The notes below the pieces were generated by a model, which had not been told where the DNA came from, made no database searches, and was given only the letters and a program-made list of their open reading frames with translations. The translations under genes and the position numbers were made by a program. DNA of 64,000 bases from Macrostomum lignano (Eukaryota): contig NIVC01001866.1 in NCBI GenBank assembly GCA_002269645.1, positions 1-64,000 of the forward strand. The letters run 5' to 3'. This document shows, piece after piece, positions 38,291-49,519 of this stretch. Numbering within the stretch: position 1 is the first letter of the stretch; each line of letters begins with the position of its first letter.

Positions 38291-39435
38291 CTGTGAATGT
38301 GGCCGCGCCAGGGGTCGCGACGCGAGAGTTTGACGCGTTACCGCTGAGCTGGTCTGTCCATCCATCAGTCAAGGATTTCAAAGCCATTATTTGTATTCAT
38401 AATTTTACGTCTAGTTGAAAACAGCAAAATTTAACGTGTTTTTTTAATTCGGTTTCCTAATTAATTAAAGTTTTTTAAATTAAAAATGATCTCATAAAGA
38501 ACCGTATTAATTGAGCGGAAGAAAGTATCGATTGGAGAAAAGTTGGTATTTCGAACTCTTTCAGTAGGTCGACTCAGCCAACGGTCTTTGTAAAGCAGTT
38601 GCATCCTTTGACTCATTACTAAGCTTTCCAGTTTATTATCCCATTAGGATTGGTTTCCTCATCCGCAATCCTTCACGCCACTCTGTGGGAATGAGACTGA
38701 GGGGTTGCAGGCTCGCTTGTGCAAGCTGCCCGGTCGGCCCTGCACGCACGCACAATGTGACTCGCTGGCGCAACCCCCAGGTCCTCCCACCCAGATAAAA
38801 TAATCACACGCACGCCGACCGGCAGGCTTTAGGCCCGAGGAGAAAAATCCCTTACATTCTAAACTGATCTCTAGAGGCAAAGCAATGCGGAATTCTCCTA
38901 CACAGTCCGAGCTTTAGGAGGCTCGAAGGTGCCGCCCCAGGGGGCGCAATTTTCGATTCTCCCCCCCCCCCCTACTTTTTATGGCCGTCGCTTCCCTTCC
39001 AAGAGTTAATTCCTTCATCTCGGGAGATTCCATAGGAAATGAAGCCAGCTGTTATCTGGGAAAGGGTTGGATAAAATTTTCGGATGACTGGGGGTTTAAA
39101 GACTTAAATATGGCTTCGGGATGCCCTGTGGGATTTGAAGAAATTGGATGAGAATCGATAGGCATTTGGGATTAAGGATTAGAGATTAAGAGATTAGAAG
39201 TGAACACAAATCCATTAGAAATGTTATCGCACAGCACAGTATTAACCGAATATATCCATCAAGTTTTTTTGACGCAAGAAGCATTTTAAGCCGTATGGAT
39301 TGCGAGTCGTTCGAAAAGCCCACAGCCAATTTTCTGTGAACAAGCCCTGAATGATGGTCACCTGAGCACGGAATCGAATGAATGGTCGGGGTGCGAAAGT
39401 CAGACTCGTTTACGGCTGAGCTGCTCTGCCCGTCA

Positions 39436-39581
39436 ATGATTCAGGTTGGGTTGGTGAAGATTCGGGTTGGTGAAGATTCGGGTTGGTGAAGATTTGGGTT
39501 GGTGAAGATTCCGGTTGGTGAAGATTCGGGTTGGTGAAGATTCGAGTTGGTGAAGATTCGGGTTGGTGAAGATTCGGGTTG
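39436..39581. repeat. 16-bp minisatellite (GATTCGGGTTGGTGAA)n
   Basis: Direct read; same family as 57730-58392. Confidence 0.95.
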
Positions 39582-39596
39582 ATTCAAATTTCTTAC

Positions 39597-40155
39597 CTCG
39601 CTTCACTAAGTTGATCGGCGAGCCCCCAGTGGAAACGACAGCGTCGGATGCAGCGGCTGTTGTCGATGCCGCCGGCTGCGGCTGCTCACTCGGTCGCTGC
39701 CGCTTCTTCAGCGGCCGAGCGGGTGGCTGCTGCGACCGCGGCAGCGATGCCGACGCCGCCATGGGACCGTCGGGCTCGTCAAGCGACTCGTCCGCTGGCG
39801 CCGGCCGTTTCCGACCGCAGCCGATGGTCGGGGCGGCGTTCTCAGAGTCATCCGGAGCTTCGCCTTCGCCGCATTGCTGGGAGTTCACCGACGGCAGAGA
39901 AGTTGGCCGGAGCTGCAGCAGCTGAGGCCGCAGATTCGTGGCGTCGCCCAGTGCATGCAGAGATCCGCCAGATGCAACTTTCTCCATGCGAGAGCCGAGA
40001 ACTGTTGTCAGATCTGCCCGAAGCTCTGCGACTCTAGTAGCTTTTGCTTGTCTTGCTTCTAGAAGAGATTGAAGCAAGCCTTCCTGCCTGGACTGGCTTA
40101 TCCGTTGGATGGCGGGGGGAGGAGGCGAGGCTGCGGATTGAAGGCGATGGCGCAA
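39597..40155 (-). CDS. Probable upstream exon of the dve-like gene (disordered, NLS-like KRPAP / PLKKRQR)
   Basis: Pyrimidine-rich acceptor ttccccttatag|TTG and strong donor CGAG|GTAAGA (phase 1, compatible with exon 38121). GC-rich open frame. The link to dve rests on splice phase only. Confidence 0.55.
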
Positions 40156-42124
40156 CTATAAGGGGAATCGGTTGGGGAGAACGGAGGCGGGCAGGGGAGT
40201 GGGGTAAGGGATTTGGATAACCGAATGAGAAAGCGGGCAGGTCGAGGCTAAAATCCCCGGGGCGGCTGACGGTGACGTAACCGGACGCCCCGCGAGCCGG
40301 GCAGGGTAATCGAAGGATTCAATTGGACAAAGGGGGCGAGCCTCTGCCTCTCTCTGTCTGCCTGGACCGACGCCTTGTCCAGTTGGGGGGTGTTGATGGC
40401 GGGTCCGAATAAGAGGATGAAGCCAAGGATGTCGTGACGAAGGCTCGGAGCTGAAGTGATCGTAGAAAATAAATGGGAGACTGGAAGCAGCTGGAAGACT
40501 TTGCTCCAAAATGAGGAATTGACAAGCAAACGAGAGGAAGAAGAAAGGGAGGTCCAGGAATCGGTCAGTGTAGGAAAGCCTAAAAACTAAGAGATTGCAG
40601 ATGGCCTGTAACCCAGCCAGGGAGAGGAAAGAGGATATAATCTGGGCTGGGGGTTGGTGAGAGGGGAGGCCGGCACCCCAGCGCACTTACTGCCAATCCG
40701 CATGGGCATCCGATTACTCAGTGTCTTAGTTCGATTCAAGGTTTTCCAGCTTAGCAAAGTCTGGTTCATGCAATATGGAATACTGGATACAGAGTCTGGA
40801 ATGTGGAAGTTTGCTCTCGGCAGTTTTGCTTTTCTCGGCAATTTCTTTGGCCTGCTCTTAGCGGCCGCTTACATTTCGAGCAATGCGATGGAATAATAAA
40901 ATTGTAAGCAATTGTAAGCAAGCTATTTGAGGATTTAAATGAGACAGTCACGGTCAGGTACAAAGACTGATTGTCACTCCAGATGCTTTATCTAGAACTC
41001 CATGACCTGTGCAGGGGAAACTGTGGAGGAAAAATCTTACAACCAAGGCCCAGGAAATTGCTTCCCACACGAAAGCAACCCCTGTAATTTTAAGCTTCCA
41101 GTTCCGTGCACGCTTGGGAAGAAAGGACGCAATAGGGATTTCGAGGGGAGAAGTGAAGCAAGCAAAGCCAGCTTCTTCAACAAAATGTGCCGGGACTGGA
41201 GGGGGTGAAAATCCCCGAAGCAAAAAGAACGCCGCAACCAATACCGGTAGGGCCATAAACTAAGGATCTGGGGGAGGCTTTGGAGGGGCTGCTTTTAGAA
41301 GCAAAGCGCTGCTGTTTCTTCTTCCTGCCAAGAATCCCTATTGAATAAGCTGGACTAGACAATAATGCTGACCCCAATGCATTCGACGGGCGCAATGCCC
41401 AAGCTTATAATCCCCAAGCATCACAGTTCCCGAATCTCATATTTCCAAATCTCATATCCATATACTAAAAATGGTCTGTCGGTATATGTGTGTGTGATCG
41501 ATTTTAGCAAAAATGGCTCAACCGATTTTGTTCAAACTTGCACCATTCGATCAGAAATTTTTCCGTGACGGTACATGCATCGTGGCTAAGAAATTGCTCG
41601 ATGCTAAAGGGATTAAATATTCGAAAAACATGCTTTTTTGCAAAGGTCAAGCAGCTATTTCGACTTGAAACGCACTGTAAAAATGCTAGAGAAAAAACTG
41701 ACTGGTTGAATTCTGATTCTGAAATAGATTGCATCACAATACACTTTATTTATCGTCTGTGTACTGGCTGAATTTGACACTCAATTGAATTGCGTCACAG
41801 CTTTGAGTGTGAAAGTATAGTGCAGTACTGAATTTATATTACGTAACCATATTGTTAGCTTTCATAGACACTGGTACTGACTTGCCTAAGAAATTGATTA
41901 TGTCATAACTGCTTCGCGTGACTTTTTACTCTACCTGACTTGGTGTGAGTGTTGAATTATATAAGTGGTACAAATTCACTGATAACTTCGATGAGAGCTA
42001 GCCTAGAGCTGAGCAGACCAGACTGCTAATGCAGCGACCTGGGTTCGAATCTAAGTAGTTTAAAAGTAGTAGTGTAAAAATTTTTATTAAAAGCTTTTAT
42101 TAAAGGACTAAATAAAAACACTTA

Positions 42125-43480
42125 GATTACTGCACTCGATAAGCTAAGGATTATTGCTCTTGGCAAACCAAGGAATACTGCACTCGATAAGCCAAGGATT
42201 ATTGCTATTAATAAACCAAGGATTACTGCACTCAATAAACCAAGGACTATTGCTATTAATAAACCAAGGATTACTGCACTCAATAAACCAAGGACTATTG
42301 CTCTTGGCAAACCAAGGATTACTGCACTCGATAAGCCAAGGACTATTGCTCTTGGCAAACCAAGGATTACTGCACTCGATAAGCCATGGATTATTGCTAT
42401 TAATAAACCAAGGATTACTGCACTCGATAAGCCAAGGATTATTGCTATTAATAAACCAAGGATTACTGCACTCAATAAACCAAGGATTATTGCTATTAAT
42501 AAACCAAGGATTATGCACTTGGCAAACCAAGGATTACTGCACTCGATAAGCCAAGGATTATTGCTATTAATAAACCAAGGATTACTGCACTCAATAAACC
42601 AAGGACTATTGCTATTAATAAACCAAGGATTACTGCACTCAATAAACCAAGGACTATTGCTCTTGGCAAACCAAGGATTACTGCACTCGATAAGCCAAGG
42701 ACTATTGCTCTTGGCAAACCAAGGATTACTGCACTCGATAAGCCATGGATTATTGCTATTAATAAACCAAGGATTACTGCACTCGATAAGCCAAGGATTA
42801 TTGCTATTAATAAACCAAGGATTACTGCACTCGATAAACCAAGGATTATTGCTATTAATAAACCAAGGATTATGCACTTGGCAAACCAAGGATTACTGCA
42901 CTCGATAAGCCAAGGATTATTGCTATTAATAAACCAAGGATTACTGCACTCAATAAACCAAGGACTATTGCTCTTGGCAAACCAAGGATTACTGCACTTG
43001 ATTAATCAAGGATTATTGCTATTAATAAACCAAGGATTACTGCACTCGATAAGCCAAGGATTATTGCTATTAATAAACCAAGGATTACTGCACTCGATAA
43101 GCCAAGGATTATTGCTATTAATAAACCAAGGATTACTGCACTCGATAAGGCATGGATTATTGCTATTAATAAACCAAGGATTACTGCACTCGATAAGCCA
43201 AGGATTATTGCTATTAATAAACCAAGGATTACTGCACTCGATAAGCCAAGGATTATTGCTATTAATAAACCATGAATTACTGCACTCGATAAGCCAAGGA
43301 ATATTGCTATTAATAAACCAAGGATTACTGCACTCATAAGCCATGGATTATTGCTATTAATAAACCAAGGATTACTTACTGCACTTGGCAAACCAAGAAT
43401 TACTGCACTCGATAAGCCATGGATTATTGCTATTAATAAACCAAGGATTACTGCACTCGATAGCCAAGGATTACTGCGCT
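42125..43480. repeat. 48-bp (2x24) minisatellite in unit 1 with a 359-bp higher-order repeat
   Basis: Identical ORF-track peptides start at 42154, 42513 and 42872 (359-nt offset). Confidence 0.93.
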
Positions 43481-43904
43481 TGATAAGCTTGGCTACATGT
43501 ATAGGATTATTTCTATCCAGGGATGCTTGCTATTTAGGGATTCTTGCTATGCGCAGGATGCTTGCTATCTGGAAGGATGCTTCTACATTATTTGGGGTAT
43601 GCTTGCTATCTGCAAGATGCTTGCTATCTGCAAGATGCTTGCTATCTGCAGATGCTTGCTATCTGCAGATGCTTGCTATCTGGGTGGATGCTTGGTAGGA
43701 GTATTAGGGGATGCTTGCTACTGGGGGGATGCTTGCTGTCTTGGGAATATTTTCTATTTAGGGGTAATGACTAAAATTCATGAGAGCTAGCCTAGAGGTA
43801 AACAGACTAAACTGCTAAATGCAGGGACGATGGTTCGAATTTTTAGAGAGTAGAGTTTTTTTAATTAAAGCTTTTTAACGCCAAGACAAAAAAATTATGC
43901 AAGC

Positions 43905-44960
43905 GTCATGTAAAAAATCATAGAAGCGTCATGCAAGCAATCATAGAAGCGTAATGTAAACAATCATAGAAGCGTCATGTAAAAATCATAGAAGCGTCAT
44001 GTAAAAATCATAGAAGCGTCATGTAAAAATCATAGAAGCGTCATGTAAAAATCATAGAAGCGTCATGTAAAAATCATAGAAGCGTCATGTAAAAATCATA
44101 GAAGCGTCATGTAAAAATCATAGAAGCGTCATGTAAAAATCATAGAAGCGTCATGTAAACAATCATAGAAGCGTCATGTTAAAATCATAAAAGCGTCATG
44201 TAAACAATCATACAAGCGTCATGTAAACAATCATAGAAGCGTCATGTAAAAAAATCATAGAAGCGTCATGTTAAAATCATAAAAGCGTCATAAAAAAATC
44301 ATAGAAGCGTCATGCAAACAATCATAGAAGCGTCATGTTAAAATCATACAAGCGTCATGTAAACAATCATACAAGCGTCATGTAAACAATCATAGAAGCG
44401 TCATGTAAAAAATCATAGAAGCGTCATGTTAAAATCATAAAAGCGTCATAAAAAATCATAGAAGCGTCATGTAAACAATCATACAAGCGTCATGTAAACA
44501 ATCATAGAAGCGTCATGTAAAAATCATAGAAGCGTCATGTAAACAATCATAGAAGCGTCATGTAAAAATCATAGAAGCGTCATGTAAACAATCATAGAAG
44601 CGTCATGTAAACAATCATAGAAGCGTCATGTAAACAATCATAGAAGCGTCATGTAAACAATCATAGAAGCGTCATGTAAAAAATCATAGAAGCGTCATGT
44701 AAAAATCATAGAAGCGTCATGTAAAAATCATAGAAGCGTCATGAAAAAATCATAGAAGCGTCATGTAAAAATCATAGAAGCGTCATGTAAAAATCATAGA
44801 AGCGTCATGTAAAAAATCATAGAAGCGTCATGTAAACAATCATACAAGCGTCATGTAAACAATCATAGAAGCGTCATGTAAACAATCATACAAGCGTCAT
44901 GTAAACAAGCATAGAAGCGTCATGTTAACATAGAAGCGTCATGAAAAAATCATAGAAGCC
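43905..44960. repeat. ~22-bp minisatellite (AATCATAGAAGCGTCATGTAAA)n in unit 1
   Basis: Direct read. Confidence 0.96.
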
Positions 44961-46290
44961 TCATATAAAAACTAATGAAAGTGTGTCATTTAAAAAATTA
45001 AGAAGCATCATGGAAGAATAAAAGAAGCGTAACGTAAAAATCAAAAGAAGCGTCATGTCAGACATGAAACAAGTGTCATAAAAATTAAATGAAGCTATAG
45101 TGCTGTGCTGGGGAGAATCACTGAGACGTCAAGGCTCACAGAGAATAACTGAGATTACAGGGGGTTTCTGAGATGTTAAAGCAAAAGTCAGAAGCTACTT
45201 CAAAGTACATGTACTTTACTTAAGTTTTTTTATTGCATTCTTTGTTGGCTTGCCACGGTGGGGGGGGGCGCTGATAGAAGAAGAGTCATGTAAAAATAAA
45301 AGGAGCACTATGTATACATAAAATAAAAGTCATGTCAAAGTTAAAAGATTCATTTGGGAATTGCTACGATGTCAAAGCTTGGAGGGAATCGTTATAGTGC
45401 TGTGATTCTTAAAGAAGGAATCACTTAATGCCAAGGCTTAGGGAAGAAGAATTGCTGTGATTTCAAGGCTTTAGGTTGGGTGAAAGTTAGGTTTACGTCA
45501 GGTTTGGGTTGAGGGTTAGATTTTAGCGCGTTTCAAGGTTAACAGGGGATTTTTTAGATTTCAAGGTTTATGGGGGCATCGCTGACATGTCAAGGCTTAC
45601 GAGGGGAATCTATCTATCTATCTATCTATAGCTGAGATTTCAAGGCTCACGGGGGAATAAATGAGATGTCAAGGCTAATGTCAGAAGCTACATGTAGTTT
45701 ATTGGAAAAAAGTTATTACATTATTTGTTGGCTCCTCACGGGAGGGATCGCTGATAGAAAAAGCGTAATGTAAAAAAAAGAAGCTTCATGTCGAAGTTAA
45801 GAGATTCATTTGGGAATCCCTACGATGTCGAGGCTTGCAGGGAATCGCTATAATGCTGTAGTAGTGCTATAGACTCTTAGAGAGAATTACTGAAATTTCA
45901 ATGCTTTAGGGTTAGGGTTAGGGTTAGGGTTAGGGTTAGAAAGTAGACAGATTTTTTAAGATTTCAAGGCTTATGGGAGCATCGCTGAGATGTCAAGGGG
46001 GAGTTGATATGTTAAGGCTTGTGGGGGGGGGATTGCTGACATGTCAAGGCTTACAAGGGTACTGGTAGCGTACTGAAGCATACTGGTAGAAGTAGCTCTG
46101 AAAGAAGGCAAGTATGGTTGAATTTCAATGTCTGTTATAAAATTCTGCACAAACATGTTTTATTGGTACATAAGCCTGGAATTAAAATGAGAATTCGATT
46201 CCTAGCCCCCCTCCCTAAGAATTTTTTTTCATTTTAAAGGATTCGTCCCTTGCTTATTGGCCACCCCGAAGGGGGGCGCTAGATTGCTAG

Positions 46291-49200
46291 TCCTTCCTAT
46301 ATACTAAAAATGGTCTGTCTGTGTCTATCTATCTATCTATCTATCTATCTATGTGATCGATTAGAGAAAAAATCCTATATACTAAAAATGGTCTGTCTGT
46401 GTCTATCTATCTATCTATCTATCTATCTATGTGATCGATTAGAGAAAAAATGGCTGGACCGATTTTGTTCGAACTTGCACTGTTCGATCAGAAATTTTCC
46501 CGTGACGGTACATGCATCGTGGCTAAGAAATTGCTCAATGCTAGAGGCATTAAATATTCGAAAAACATGCTTTTTTGCAAAGGTCAAGCAAACTTTTTGA
46601 CTTGAAATGCATTGTAAGAATGCTAGAGAAAAAACTGACTGGTTGAATTCTGACTCTGAAATAGATTGCATCATAACTGAATTGTAACTCTGACTTGAAT
46701 TGAAAATGCAGTGTGGAAGCGTAGCACCAGACTTGATTTAAATTGCGTAACCATATTGTTAACTAATACTGACTGACTGAGAAACTGATTATGTCATAAC
46801 TGCTTCGTGTGATTTACTCTATGCTTGGATTTTAAACTGTTGAATTATATATATATGTGCAAAATTTGATAAATGCAGCGACGATGGTTCGAATTTTCAT
46901 AGAATATAATTTTTTCAATTAAAGCTTTTCAACGTCAGGAAAACTAAAAGACTTTTTAAAAAGAAGCGTCATGTAAAAATCATAGAAGCGTCATATAAAA
47001 ATCATAGATGCGTCATTTAAAAAATCATAGAAGCATCGTATAAAAATCATAGAAGCGTCATGTAAACAATCATAGAAGCGTCATGTAAACAATCATAGAA
47101 GCGCCATGTAAAAATCATAGAAGCGTCATGTAAACAATCATAGAAGCGTCATGTAAACAATCATAGAAGCGTCATGTCAAAATCATAGAAGCGTCATGTA
47201 AACAATCATAGAAGCGTCATGAAACAATCATAGAAGCGTCATGAAACAATCATAGAAGCGTCATGTAAACAATCATAGAAGCGTCATATAAACAATCATA
47301 GAAGCGTCATGTAAAAATCATAGAAGCGTCATGTAAACAATCATAGAAGCGTCATGAAACAATCATAGAAGCGTCATGTAAAAATCATAGAAGCGTCATG
47401 TAAACAATCATAGAAGCGTCATGTAAACAATCATAGAAGCGCCATGTAAAAATCATAAAAGCGACATGTAAAAATCATAGAAGCGTCATGTAAAATCATA
47501 GAATCGTCCTGCCAAAATCGTAGAAGCGTCATGTAAAAAATCCTTGAAGCGTCATGTAAACAATCAAAGAAGCGTCATGAAACAATCATAGAAGCGTCAT
47601 GTAAACAATCATAGAAGCGTCATGTAAACAATCCTAGAAGCGTCATGTAAACAATCCTAGAAGCGTCATGTAAACAATCATAGAAGCGTCATGTCAAAAT
47701 CATAGAAGCGTCATGTAAACAATCATAGAAGCGTCATGAAACAATCATAGAAGCGTCATGTAAACAATCATAGAAGCGCCATGTAAACAATCATTCAAGC
47801 GTCATTTAAACAATCATAGAAGCGTCATGTAAACAAGCATAGAAGAATGTAAACAATCATAGAAGCGTCATGTAAACAAGCATAGAAGAATGTAAACAAT
47901 CATAGAAGCGTCATGTAAACAATCATTCAAGCGTCATTTAAACAATCATAGAAGCGTCATGTAAACAATCATAGAAGCGTCATGTAAACAATCATAGAAG
48001 CGTCATGTCAAAATCATAGAAGCGTCATGTAAACAATCATAGAAGCGTCATGAAACAATCATAGAAGCGTCATGTAAACAATCATAGAAGCGCCATGTAA
48101 ACAATCATAGAAGCGTCATGTAAAAATCATAGAAGCGTCATGTAAACAATCATAGAAGCGTCATGAAACAATCATAGAAACGTCATGTAAAAATCATAGA
48201 AGCGTCATGTAAACAATCATAGAAGCGTCATGTAAACAATCATAGAAGCGTCATTTAAAAAATCATAGAAGCGTCATGTAAACAATCATAGAAGCGTCAT
48301 GTAAAAAATCATAGAAGCGTCATGTAAAAAATCATAGAAGCGTCATGTAAAAATCGTAGAAGCGTCATTTAAAAATCATAGAAAATCATAAAAATCAAAA
48401 ATTAAATGCAGCTATAATGCTGTGCTGGGGAGAAAAACTGAGACGTAAAGGCTCTCAGAGAATAACTGCTGAGATTACGGGGGGGGGGGTTTCTGAGATG
48501 TCAAAGCAAAAGTCAGAAGCTACTTCAAAGTTCATGTACTTTACTCAATTTTTTTATTGCATTCTTTGTTGGCTCGCCACGGGAGGCGCTTATAGAAGAA
48601 GAGTCATGTAAAAAATAAAAGTAGCACTACGAGCGTATGTACGAGCTATACATAAAAGAAAAGTCATGTTCAAGTTAAAAGATTCATTTGGGAATTGCTA
48701 CGATGTCAAAGCTTGGTGGAAATCGTTATAGTGCTGTGATTCTTAAAGAAGGAATCACTAAAATGTCAAGGCTTAGGGGAGAAGAATTGCTGAGATTTCA
48801 AGGCTTTAGGTTGGGTTAAAGTTAGGTTTAGGTCAGGTGTGGGTTGAGGGTTATATTTTATCGGGTTTCAAGGTTAACAGAATAACAGGGGATTTTTAGA
48901 TTTCAAGGTTTATGGAGGCCATCGCTGACATGTTAAGGCTTACGGGGGGAATAGCTGAGATGTCAAGGCTCACGGGGTATAAATGAGATTTCAAGGCTAA
49001 AGTCAGAAGCTACATGTAGTTTATTGAAAACTTTTTATTACATTATTTGATGCCTCCTCAGGGGAGGGATCGCTGATAAAAAAAGCGTAATGTAAAAAAT
49101 AAAAGAAGCTTCATGTCGAAGTTAAGAGATTCATTTGGGAATCCCTACGATGTCGAGGCTTGCAGGAAATCGCTATAATGCTGTAGTAGTGCTATAGTGA

Positions 49201-49519
49201 CTCTTAGAGAGAATTACTGAAATTTCAATGTTAGGTTAGGGTTAGGGTTAGGGTTAGGGCTAGGGTTAGGGTTAGGGTTAGGCTAGGGTTAGAAGGTTGA
49301 CAGATATTTTTAGATTTCCAAGGCTTATTGGGGGCATTGCTGAGATGTCAAGGGGGGAAGTTGATATGTTAAAGCTTGTGGGGGGGGGGGAATTACTGAC
49401 ATGTCAAGGCTTACAAGGTTTGACAGGAGATTTTTTAAGATTTCAAGGATACATGTAGCTTATTAAAAAAACGTGTATTGCATTTATTTGGCTCCCCAAC
49501 GGGGGGCGTAGATTGCTAG
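46291..49519 (+). mobile_element. Helitron-like array unit 2 (3.2 kb; duplicated 5' terminus)
   Basis: TCCTATATACTAAAAATGG at 46295 and again at 46373. The 22-mer satellite spans ~46960-48380. Ends CTCCCCAACGGGGGGCGTAGATTGCTAG|T. Confidence 0.85.

Larger units (their letters stand above)
41457..46290 (+). mobile_element. Helitron-like array unit 1 (4.8 kb)
   Basis: Starts A|TCCATATACTAAAAATGG, ends CCACCCCGAAGGGGGGCGCTAGATTGCTAG|T. Reverse complement of 25192-29290. Confidence 0.85.

Noticed and set aside
40156-41400. Further dve exons or another gene among the overlapping ORFs here
   Set aside because: No recognisable motifs and no unambiguous phase-0 donor/acceptor pair could be assigned.
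41504-41771. Recurrent short ORFs in the Helitron 5' ends as Rep/helicase remnants
   Set aside because: They are 70-100 aa, occur on both strands and have no HUH or helicase motifs. They recur only because the DNA is repeated.
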